In this document: one piece after another, positions 1 to 11,010 of the stretch | Layout of the letters: every line of letters begins with the position of its first letter | Position numbering within the stretch: position 1 is the stretch's first letter | Origin: Camelus ferus | Lineage: Eukaryota | Assembly (NCBI RefSeq): GCF_009834535.1 | Contig: NC_045696.1 | Location: 42,224,001 to 42,288,000 of the forward strand | Length of the DNA: 64,000 nucleotides | Direction: 5' to 3' | Position numbers and translations under genes: made by a program | Notes under the pieces: model-generated | What the model was told of the DNA's origin: nothing | Databases searched by the model: none | Seen by the model: only the letters and a program-made list of their open reading frames with translations

Positions 1-1264
1 GCAGAAGAGAAAAGGAATGGTGTCTTCCCTGTTTTTAGCAGTGTAATTTATGTTATTTTTAAGTACATACACACACAAACTGAGACCCCTGAGCTCAGAA
101 CAAATTTTTTCAAGAAATTTTGCCCACACAGAGCTTACTTTGACTTGGGAAATAGGTCAACTGCTCTGGAATTTGATGGCCGTATCTATGTAATACAGTC
201 AGAGTTAGGAGTGATCTAATACATTTTGTCTATCTAGACATGAGAAAAACTTCCTTGTATAATCTGGACTACTATTCATACACCTAAATTCACTCAGCCT
301 GCATCTGATTGCTGATTACTCCCAATATATTGGATTAGGCAATTTCTAGACCTTATAAATGCACCTAATTGTGTGTATTGTTCCCTCTGTAGTGTCAGTC
401 ACCAGCTAGAACCCCAAAGGCACCACCAGTCTGCAACATTTATTTTGATGTCTTAAAGCATTTAAAAATATCATGTTACACAGAACATAAATTAGATATA
501 TTGCAATATAGTGATGCCAGTCACTTGACATTGCTATTTCTTCTCTACTCAATGCTCCATGGTGAAACAATAGTATTTCTTAATCCTTGTTTGTGCTGAA
601 TAAAATATCATGAATTTTGGCTCTCTTCCAAAGCCGGTGAGTTATAAAGCAATAATTCTGTTCACACACAAATGAAATGTTTATCTGCATTTGGCCTTTG
701 GACATCACTTTAATGGGGGAAGATTTCATGAGATCTCAGATCCACTGGCTACCTCAGGTGCACCAGAGGTCATATTGATACGGGCTTTCTAGACTGATTC
801 TAAATTTAAGACTTCAATAGGCCTGGCAAGTACAAAATTTGGGGCTCGGTTTTCTTCACCAATGAATTAATCACCTTTTGCATGGGAGTCGATTTATTTT
901 AAATGTAGCTAGAGAGAGTAAAAAGCCTCCAGATGCAAGTGCTCACTGGGAGAAGAGAGAAGAAATCAGTTCTTCCCTCTATAGTTCCTACTGTAAAATT
1001 CCAGATGAAAAGATGGTTAGTGACATTAGACTATGGAGAGTGACCTCAGATGATGTTTTTAGAGCTGAGATAAACAGAAATCTGATACAGTTAACTGCAT
1101 ATACAAACAATTGAATTTATTTTACTGAATTTTTACCAAATTGCCTAAACCCTTAACTTGGAGGATATTTTTTAGAAGCTAGGTTCAAACTTAAGTTTCT
1201 TAAAAACAACTAATGCATAATTAAAAAGAGAAATAAAACTTCTCTCTAGGTCTCTCTCTGTAAT

Positions 1265-1600
1265 TTATTTTATGCTTGGAGCGTGAGGTTATACTTACTG
1301 TCCATGGCTGGTCATATGACTCATAATTTACGAGGATTTAGTGTATTGTATAGTTAACGGGTAACTGCCTTGTGAAGCCCGGAAGGGTTTTTTTTTATGG
1401 TCTTGACATGAAAGACCACAGTACAAGTTTATCTGTGAGGCAGTTATGGGAACATTATAAAGTGATCTCAATTGACTGCTGTGTCTTCCATTGACGTCAA
1501 GAGCATTTCATAGTTTGGTGTTTGGTTATTTTTAGATCATAAAGGCATGGCTGATGTATTTATGGCATTAACCTCTGGCCCACAGATTTACTGTTAACCC
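1265..1600. promoter_or_regulatory. Candidate enhancer: HOX/CDX, AP-1 and CRE motif cluster
   Basis: Non-repetitive stretch with TGACTCA (1317-1323), TTTACGAG (1327-1334), TTTTATGG (1393-1400), palindromic TTGACGTCAA (1491-1500), TCATAAA (1537-1543) and TTTATGG (1559-1565). Confidence 0.4.
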
Positions 1601-2984
1601 TTATCATTTGTTTTTAATAGAGAAGCAGCTATGGAATGGCCAAACTCTTCCACTCCTCCAACTGATCCTTTTACCTGAAAAAAGAGGTCATTAAATATTT
1701 CACTCCCATGCTATGAAATGAGGGGTCTTTTGTGATTAATTTAGAAAGAAAATGTGATTGGGGACAAGAGCAGGAGACGTGGAGTCTGACAGAGCAAGTG
1801 CAATTTACTATATTTTCATATATTCTTCGATTCCGCATGTGTGGGAATGTGTATATACATATGAGGGCTGTCCTTCAAAGTGGTCCTCTTATGAAGGCAT
1901 ATACTTACTCCAGTGGTGGTGGAACCTTTGTTTAACAAATAGTAAGGTTAGAATTTTAAATGTCAATGTTTCTAATAATATTTGGCTTTTCTAATAATAG
2001 TTGGCTTTAATTATGTAAAGCAGTTTCTAATTTTATGCATCCATATGTATCCAACTGAGATTTGAAAAGGCTGAAGACTGTTCAGTGGTGACTCTGCTTG
2101 CCCACCCTTCCAAGCCATTTAATTTCAGCTAGTTAAGATACTTGATGAAGAGAGCCATGGGGTGGGAATTCAAAGGGGGCTCCTGTTTCTGGCCCTACAA
2201 TTGGATTTGTACGACATTGGGTAAATCATCTAGCTCCTGAAAGAAATACGTAATGCTGGCCTCTGAGCAATGCTGTGAATGTCTTTGATAGTCACAGAGA
2301 AAAACGTCCATGTAAAACTGGCTTACAGTGTTTGTCTTCTCAAGAATTTGATATGGCCAGTCTCTTGTGAAATAGGTGGCTAAATAGTAATCAGCTGAAA
2401 ATGATCTCCCTGAAGTAGTGTGTTCACTTTGTTCATTCTGAAGTTTCACAGCCATTTCTAAGATACAAGTTAATAAAGATTTAACACTGTTACCAGTGAA
2501 AAAAGCTCTAGGCTTGGAGATGGAAGGAAGCCATGTAATGGGCTAGGCACCTTATTTTATAGTTCTAGGGACAAGAAAAGGTACTTCATGATTGTAATAA
2601 CCTTTCTATTTACTTTAGCAGAGTCTAGGCTAGAGTTTGTCTATACCACAGTCTAGACCAATTTCTATCATATACAGGCGAATCCCTGCTTAAAACACTG
2701 CAATGACTTCTGGTAACAAATAATGCTGACTACACAACATAGACTTATGGAATAACTTTTTAGAGTCCAGCAAATTGTATGTTACTCAAAATTGACTGGT
2801 TATATTTTAGTAAAAAGCTATTCCAGTATTATGCCCTTTAGGTTGATTGTTTAATTTTTCTTAACTTGAGTCTTTTTATCAGAGGAGTGGTTTATGCAGT
2901 AGTTTCTCATAATACACACACATCCAGTAACTTTAAAGAATAAATAATAGAAATGAAAAAGAAAGAGAAATTCTATATGATAAA

Positions 2985-3215
2985 AATCTAATAGCTATTA
3001 ATTATTGGGTGCTTATTAGGTATGAGTCTCTGGGCTAACCATTTTACCTGTATTATTTCATTTAAGCCCCTCAATAAATAGATGAGGTATCAACTATTGT
3101 TATCATCCTAAGATTGCAGGTGAAGAAATAGGCTTAGAGAGATTAATTAATTTACACAGGATCTCATAGCTGGTAAATGGCAGAACAGGGTTGAAACCCA
3201 GACAGCGTGACTTCT
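2985..3215 (-). mobile_element. MIR SINE
   Basis: MIR core in reverse orientation: caggtgaagaaataggcttagagag...ggtaaatggcagaacagggttgaaacccagac. Confidence 0.8.
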
Positions 3216-4644
3216 TTAGGAAGTGAGTACACACTGTGAACTATACACAAAGTAGCAGCTTAGAAAAAATGATTAAAGGACAAAGTCTATCATTTCATTC
3301 ATACTGAGCCAGATTCCCTCAGGGCCTTGATTCCCAATGGTCAGTAAGTATAGCAGGTAGTGCAGGTCTGTCCTGCCAATACCCTGGCCCAGGGTGGGCT
3401 AAGCAAGCCAGTGTTGGGGACCATTGGATCGTAGCTATGTCTCACTCCCATTGTCCTGAGAAGTACAGAAGCGATTGGGCCTGACCAGCTCTGGCCTGGA
3501 ACCCTTGGGGTGTGTGGCCAGCAGTCTTGGAAAATTGCTGTCTGCTCAGTATGATGGCCGTTCTCCCATGGAACCCAGGCTTTCCTTTTGCTCCTGAAAT
3601 GACTTTCTGGCAAGGTCTTCTGCTGTTGCATTAGTTATGATGGCTGCAGGCAGTTTAAAGGGCAAATCACCCATTTATAATCCTAACCCTCGATGATGAA
3701 GAAGACAGGGAAGTGCGCTGAGGAGTAGAAATGATGCTAAGTTACACTAGGCTCTGAAGGTGCCATTCCTGCCTCAGCCCCCGCAACAACGCTCCCTTCT
3801 ACCTCATATCCACTTCGGGATTCTGTGTGAGATTTTGCATTATAGCGTATTTCCTGGTAAATACAGATTTGTAGTCACCAGTGTGGTGTGGATGCCAATT
3901 CATTATTCCTTTAGGGAGAAGATGTACTCTTAGCTGCAAGGGACACATTATATTGCTATTATCCCTTATTTTATTATTATTAAGGAATATTATTATTATC
4001 CCTTAAAAGGATACAATTAATAAAATATTAAGATATGACACTTTTGCAACTGACAGATCTTTATGCCTTTTTCTTGTTAGGAATATTATGCCTTTTTTGG
4101 GTCAGGATATTAAATCTAAGAAAGATTTGAAGACAATGTATTTAGAATTTAAAAAAAAATTCCTTTGGAGGGAGGAAGCCCTTTCATAAGTTGATGTAAA
4201 TGGAAAAACTTTGGCTCTGATTCCGGAAAAAGAATCATGCATGGAAAACCCCCAATTAAAAGGTCACTTTTAACTGAAAGTGAAAGAAACAAGTTCAAAG
4301 TATAAAACCAGAGAAAGAGCGACAAGGTAATATTCTTTAAGCTGTAAATAAATGTGATACTTTTCCAAAGTGTTATCTTTGGGAAAGTTATGATGTCATT
4401 TGCCATTTTTCTTGATGTAGATTATTTGATCATCTCTTTAGAAAATAAAACTAAGTATTTCTTAAGAACTTTGAGAATTCCTAGTCTTACATGGAAAGAA
4501 TCCTCTTAACTTTTTATGTTCCTTTAAGGAATTTTTTTTTTTTTTTTTTTTTTTTCTGAAGGAACTGTTCCATTAACATTTTATATAGAGTTCTCTTAAG
4601 AGCGGGTCCTAGGCGAGGGGGCTTGGAGCATTTTCTCCGTAATT

Positions 4645-5337
4645 TGTCAGTAGGGGTTACTTTGCCTTCTGTCATACAGTGCCGGAGATGATTTGTATGT
4701 CATTGTATTTTGTGTGTATTTGCGATCTTTGAGTTGTATCAGTGACGAAAGAGGTGTGTCCCTGGGTTTTTTTCTGAGAAGGATGGTGTTTGGAGGTTTG
4801 TTTGCCTGCTGGAGTAATTCTGGTATCAGAATTTTCTGCTGGCACTTGCCCTCTTCCATCCCTTATAAATCCTCCCCCATAATGCTGTAGGAGGAAACTT
4901 CAGAACTGTGTTTCTTGGACGATTTTGATAGTAGGGTTCCAAATGGGCAGGACTCCTCCAGTGAGATGCTCTTCTATAGGATCCCAGAGGTGGAGGGGGG
5001 AGGGGGCAGACTTTTTTCCTGCACCCTGGCAGTGGTGGTGGATTGATGAGTAGACTCCCTGAATGTCCAGATGCGAGTGGTTACCATCTTACCCACGTAG
5101 CAGCCACATGAGGCTGAGAAGTTAGCAGCAGCTGTTCGCATGGTTCTGATTTTGGGGGGCAGCAGTTTCCCTTCTCTTTGTGGCCACAAACTTGAAACTT
5201 CTGACAGCTCCTCCTGATTTTTGCTCCTCCAATCTTTCCAATAGTTTTATAAGCTCCTACTTCCTTATACTGAATCCATTCCTGGTTAAAAGACTTAGCA
5301 TGGTTTCTGATTTCCTGGCTGAATTCTGACTGACACA
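4645..5337 (+). mobile_element. Ancient ERV-type solo LTR (LTR78/LTR79-like; family uncertain)
   Basis: TG...CA termini; the 3' end ggtttctgatttcctggctgaattctgactgacaca is typical of old ERV LTR ends. Confidence 0.5.
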
Positions 5338-6123
5338 GGCGATTTTCTCCACATTTGGTTTTTTTCCAGTGAAGAAAGCTTTCATTTATGGTTACTGGAG
5401 TCCACTAAGCTTTGGAAGAGAAATTTTTATATGGGTTTCATCTTTAGGAAGGCCATGAGATTTGGTTTCATTTATTTTTTAAAGTCCATTCAGGAGACCA
5501 CACAGCTTTTAATCAAAATCACTCATGATTAATGAAATCTCCTTCTAGCTGAGTTAATAATGCAATTTGCATGTGTCAGTATTTTAAAGAACTGATTAAG
5601 CTATAAATACAAATGTAGCTGTAAAACAAATTTAATAACTGAGGAAGGGAACGTGTTTTGTTATATCATCTTTGCAGCTCCCTTTCAATTGTGTGGTTAT
5701 TGTTAAAAATAAATAGAAAAATATCAAACATGTAAGCTGGGAACATCACTCATTAGGAATCAGTGTCTTTCTGAACTTGACCCAATGATGAGATCATCCT
5801 CATTCACAGCCTATGATTTCAGGGTAGGCAGTACAGTATGGGCAGAGAAGAGGGACTTCTAGAGCTTTGTCAGGGTGGCATGGGGACGTTTTCCAGAGCG
5901 ACTTTGGGTTAGAGAAGTTTCTCCCACCTGTAGCCCCAGCCTTTTCTGAGGATTTCAGGAAAGTATCCTCCAGTGAGTTGTCCATCTCAGCCTTTTGACT
6001 TTGGGTCACAGAGTGTCTCTTTAAAGCTGTTGATAGAGTTCGTCATTGCAGACAAAGACCGAGGGTCATCCTGTTCTTAATGCAGGCTGGGAGAGGGAGG
6101 GCTTTAATTCTTCCTCTTTAAAG

Positions 6124-6197
6124 GAAGTAGTGTGTAGAGCAGCTTGTAGAGTATGGTCCAGGGGAGCAATTCTCAGCTGCTGCATCATGACCTTCAG
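6124..6197 (+). other. Candidate 74-bp exon
   Basis: Acceptor ttaattcttcctctttaaag| and consensus donor CAG|gtgagt. One frame is open, but the peptide is not recognised. Confidence 0.3.
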
Positions 6198-6859
6198 GTG
6201 AGTTCCTAGATAGTAGGAGAGAGAGAGGTGGAGTAAAGTAGCAGTGAGTTATTGAAAGCATGTCATTTATGTAAATTGGATATACCTAAACAACCACTAT
6301 GTAGGTGACCTTACACATTTCTGTCGCCTCTGGAAAACTATAAATCCATAAGTAATGGTTGTATGTAGAGGGAAAACCACTTCACTAAGAGGCCAAAGAC
6401 CAGAGTTCTGGCTCCCACTTCATCTCAGAGGGCCTGAGAAGTTACAGTCCCCTCTTGGCTCTAGTTGTCCTGTGCATAAAGTGCTTTTGCTGGCAGGGTT
6501 CTAAACAGGTGATCTCTGAGGTTTATTCTGGCTTAGGGTCTATATCTTTATCATAAATGTTTGAGTATTCATCCAAGGTCTCTCCTAGTTTCGTTCCTAG
6601 TTTTGCTATGTTACAGTGCTTAGAAGAAAGCCTGGCATGTAGGAAATGCCACATAAATATTTGGTCTCAATAAATAGTCTCTTTCCTGATTTAGACAATC
6701 AAGTGACAAACTCTGCTTTATTTCCACACCACCCAAATGACATTCTGGCAATTTTCAGCCTTTTGGTTAAAGAAAGAAGTAGATCCTAAGCTTCATGATC
6801 AGAAAGGAATACTTTGGCACCTGCAGGGGTTCAGGCAGCAGTGGCAGATTGGGTGCCAT

Positions 6860-8294
6860 CTAAATATACATAAATTATATATATTTAGAAATACATATAT
6901 TTTAACTACAATAATCTAGCTAATCAACATATTTATCATCTCTCATGGTTACCTTTTTTTTTTTTGTGGTGAGAACACTTAATGTCTACTCTCTTAGCAA
7001 ATTTCAAGTAAAAAATATAGCATTATTAACTATTGTCACCATTGCTATTCATTAGGTCTCCAGAACTACTTCCTGCATAACTGAAACTTTGGACCCTTTG
7101 ACCAACATCTCCACATTTCCTTTACTGCTTCTTCCCCTAGTCCCTGGCAGCCACTGTTCTCCTCTGCTTTCCTGAGTTCAAGCTCTTAGATTCCATATAC
7201 AAGTGAGATGTTGCAGTGTTTGTCTTTCTGTGTTTGTCTCATTTCATTTAGCGTAATGTCTCCCAGGTTTATCAATGTCGTTTCAAATGGCAGGCTTTCC
7301 TTTTTTATGCCCAAATAATATTTCATTTTGTGTTTGTATCTATATCTATATATTCTGTATGTATATTCACATTTTCTTTTTCCATTTGTCTATTGATGGA
7401 CAATGGACACATGCTGTTTCTATATTGTGGTTATTGAGAATAATGTTGCAATGAACATGGGAATACAGATATTTCTTTGAGATACTGATTTTATTTCCTA
7501 TGGGTAATACCTAGAAGTGGGATTACTGAATTATATAGGAGTTCTATTTTTAGTTTTTTAAGGAAATTCCATACTTTTTTTTAAAAAATTGAAGTCCAGT
7601 CAGTTTGCAATGTGTCAATTTCTGGGGAAAGAGGATGGGAAGGGATAAATTGGGAATCTGAGATTTGCAAATATTAACATACTGTTTTTCATAATGGATG
7701 TACCAATTTACCTTCCCAACAGCGTAAAAGGGTTTCTTTTTCTCCACTTCTTACCAATGCTTGTTATCTTTCGTCTTTTTGATAACAGCCATTCTGACAG
7801 GTGTGAGGTGGTATGTCACTGTGGTTTTGATTTGCATTTCCCTGGTGATTCGTAATGTTGAGCACCTTTTCATATACTTGTTTCCTATTTGTAGGTCTTC
7901 TTCTGAGAAATATGTGTTTAGGTCCTTTGCTCATTTTTAAAAAATTGGATTGATTATTTATTTATTTATTTATTTATTTATGTTATTGAGTTTTAGGATT
8001 TCCTTATATATTTTGGATGTTAACTCTCTATCAGATGTACAGTTTAAAAATGTTTTCTCCCATTCCACAGGTTGTCTCTTCATTTTGTTGATTATTCCTT
8101 TTGCTATGCAGAAGCATTTTTAGAGTTTCAGGTCTTAATATGAAGTACTTAATCCATTTTGTGTTGATTTTTGTACACATTGTGTGGTAAAAGCCCAATA
8201 TCATTCTTCTACATGTGACTATCTAGTTTCGCCAACACCATTTATTGAAGAGACTATCCTTTCCCCATTGTATGTTCTTGGCACCCTTATTGAA
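6860..8294 (-). mobile_element. L1 (L1MA8/9-like) 3' UTR and ORF2 end; non-inverted part of a 5'-inverted L1
   Basis: Reverse-strand L1MA-type 3' UTR (gagaacacttaatgtctactctcttagcaaatttcaagt) running into ORF2 3' sequence. Confidence 0.85.
7576..7677 (-). mobile_element. Young ~100-bp L1 3' end with internal inversion, nested in the older L1
   Basis: Poly(T) plus aattgaagtccagtcagtttgcaatg (minus-strand L1 end), joined to a plus-oriented 3' UTR piece (gggaagggataaattgggaatctgagatttgcaaat). CATACT duplicated at 7570-7575 and 7678-7683. Confidence 0.8.
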
Positions 8295-9448
8295 GGACAC
8301 TAAAAAAAAAAAAAAGAATATTACATGTCAATGTCCCTGAATAATATAGATGCAGAGATCCTCAACAAAATACTAGCAAACTGAATTCAACAGCCACATT
8401 AAAAGGATCATATACCATGATCAAATGAGATTTATTCCTGGGATGCAACGATTGTTCAACCTAGGCATATCAGTAAATATGATACGTCACATTTGTAGAA
8501 AAAAGAATAAAAATCATATGATCATCTCAGTAGATACATTTGAGCAAATTCAACATCCTTTAATGATGACAACTCTCAACAAATTAGCTTTGAAAGGAAT
8601 GTACCTCAGTATAATAAAGTCCATATGAAAAGCCCACAGATTACATCATACTCAATGATGAAAAGCTAAAAGCTTTTGTCTAAGATTAGACACAAGACAA
8701 TGATACTCACTTTCACTTCTACTCAGCAGAGAATTAGAAGTCCTAACTAAAGCAATTAGGCAAGAAAAAAAATCCAAATTAAAAAGGAAAAAATAAAATT
8801 GTCTTTGCAGATGACATGCTCTTACTTATAGAAAACCCTCAAGATTTCATCAAAAAACTGTTAGAACTAATAAAATAATTTAAGAAAGTTGAAGGCTACA
8901 AAATCAACATACAAAAATCAGTTGCATTTCTATACACTACCAACAAACTACCTGAAAATGAAATTAAGAAAACAATCCTGTTTATAGCAGCATCAAAAAC
9001 AATAAAATACTTAGGAGTAAATATGACCAAATAGGTGAAAAATCTCTACGCTAAGACCTATGAGACACTGATGAAAGATACTGAAGAAGACACAATTAAA
9101 CGAAAGGATAGTTTGTGTTCATGGATTGAAGGAATATATATTGTTAAAATGCCCATACTACACAAAGTGATATACAGACCTGAATGCAATCTCTAGCAAA
9201 ATTTCAATGGCATTTTTCACAGAAATATAAAAAGTAATCCTAAAATTCATACAAAACTACAAAAATACACTAAATAGCCAAAGTAATCTTGAGAAAGAAG
9301 AACAAAACTGGAGACATTAAATTCCCTGATTTCAAAATATATTACAAGCATTATAATATTGGCATAAAAAAGACACATAGATCAATGGAACAGAGTAGAG
9401 AGTCCAGAAATAAATCCATGCATTTACAGTCAACTCATATTCTACAAG
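8295..9448 (+). mobile_element. L1 ORF2 (RT region) fragment; inverted 5' part of the same L1
   Basis: Degenerate ORF2: ORF 8425-8628 FIPGMQRLFN...NHMIIS is L1 RT-like; frameshifts and stops are present. Confidence 0.9.
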
Positions 9449-9964
9449 TTCTGTATTTTTTTATGAATGGAGTTCCTGAATACTTTCTGAGCCCATTCAC
9501 TCTTATTTTACCACAGGTCAAATAAATAAGCATCACTGCTTTTATAATATGCATAAATTAAAAGTCGTAAATTGGAGGGATATTGCTAGAGGAAAACATA
9601 GAAAAAACAAAAATTTCTTCGAGTTGTTCCTAGAAGTAATCAGGAATTATGTCATACTTTTTCAAAGGTTTTCATTACAAAGAACTACACAAATTGAGAA
9701 ACTGATGCATTTGCTACACTTTAAACTTTATAAAATGAACGTGCATGTCAAATATTTTATTTCCTAAGGATGCCAACAGGCTAATTACTGCTTTGTTTCA
9801 TAGTCTCAGGATGAATATTAGGATTTTAGATTCTTGGGGTTAAAAGGTATTTTAGGCAACATTCTGTTAAGGTTTTTCTACCATTGAACAATTACAACAA
9901 AGCAAGAGTGGGTCATAATTTCAGCATCAAACTCTTCGGAGGTTAAACAGGCCATGTGGCGATT

Positions 9965-10190
9965 TGCTCAGAGCTGAGGCCCTGGAGCCAGGTCTAGATG
10001 GGAATCTCAGCTCCACCAGGTACTAGGTATTAATCTTGGGGACCTCCCTCAACTCTTCCAAGGCTCAGTTTCCTCTGATATCAGTTGGGGTAATAAAACC
10101 TAAGAATTAACTAGTTAATGTATATAAAATAGCATAATTCCAGGCACTAAGTACCCATATATGATCATCTAGTTATCTTACAGATATTTA
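9965..10190 (+). mobile_element. MIR SINE
   Basis: ccctggagccagg...aatctcagctccacc...ctcagtttcctc core. Confidence 0.65.
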
Positions 10191-10823
10191 TCATCATTAT
10201 CATTATTATATTACACCTATTAAAAATTCTTACTATATTTTTCTGTGTTGAAAAACATATATTTAACGCCAGCAAGACCATCATGCTAGAGACAAGTAAG
10301 AGCTTTCTGTGTTTTATCCTGTTTATACTGTGGACTGAGCATTCAGAACCAGGTGTATTGAACAATATAGGCCAGAAGAGATAAAGAAAAATTGTGGGGC
10401 AGATTAAAAGAAGATTAAGTTATAGACAGTCAGATGTCAGGCAAAGGGAAATGCAGAACTCGAGAATGGTCCCATCTGACCATTACTGAAAAGTCAGTAG
10501 GTCCCGTCCAGCAGGCAGAGATATTAGCAGAAATGCAGGTGGCAGATGAGTATTGGAGTCAGGTGAACCACTGAGGTTCCAGAAAATATGGCCATTCACC
10601 AGCAGCTGAGAGTGAAGAAATCTGTAAGAGCTGGACAAAGTACCAGGTCTCAGCAGTCAGTTAAGGCAAAGCTTTTGTCCTGTTAGCAGAGGAGTAAACT
10701 GGGATTTAGGGAAGCAGAGGTAGGAACCCAATCAGATAGAATGGGCCAATGCTGCTGGAGGTGGAACAGGATCAATGGCTCCATAGGTGCTTGGGGTCTA
10801 CTGCAAAAACATTGAGTACCAGG

Positions 10824-11010
10824 GGTCTTCAGCAGCTCAGACTACTTTAACAAAATGCCATAGACTGGGTGACTTAAACAGCAGACATTTATTTCTTACA
10901 ATTCAGAGCCTGTGAAGTCCAAGATCGGGGTGCTAGCATGGATAAGTTCTTGTGAGGGCCTTTTTCCTAGCTGGTAGAAGGCTGCCTACTCTCTGTATCC
11001 TCACATTTTT
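10824..11010 (-). mobile_element. MLT1A-type MaLR LTR fragment
   Basis: ccatagactgggtgacttaaacagcagacatttatttcttaca...aagtccaagatc. Confidence 0.8.

Noticed and set aside
3341..3645. Minus-strand peptides faintly reminiscent of a retroviral env TM region (QEQKESLGSM; TCTTCYTY)
   Set aside because: The pieces are discontinuous, with no immunosuppressive-domain motif and no CX6CC; the similarity is not supportable.
8425..9525. ORFs with reverse-transcriptase-like peptides as a possible novel RT system
   Set aside because: They are frameshifted remnants of L1 ORF2, with no intact RT.
10430..10800. Purine-rich segment resembling an ancient Gypsy/ERV LTR
   Set aside because: No termini, TSD or diagnostic motif that I could confirm.
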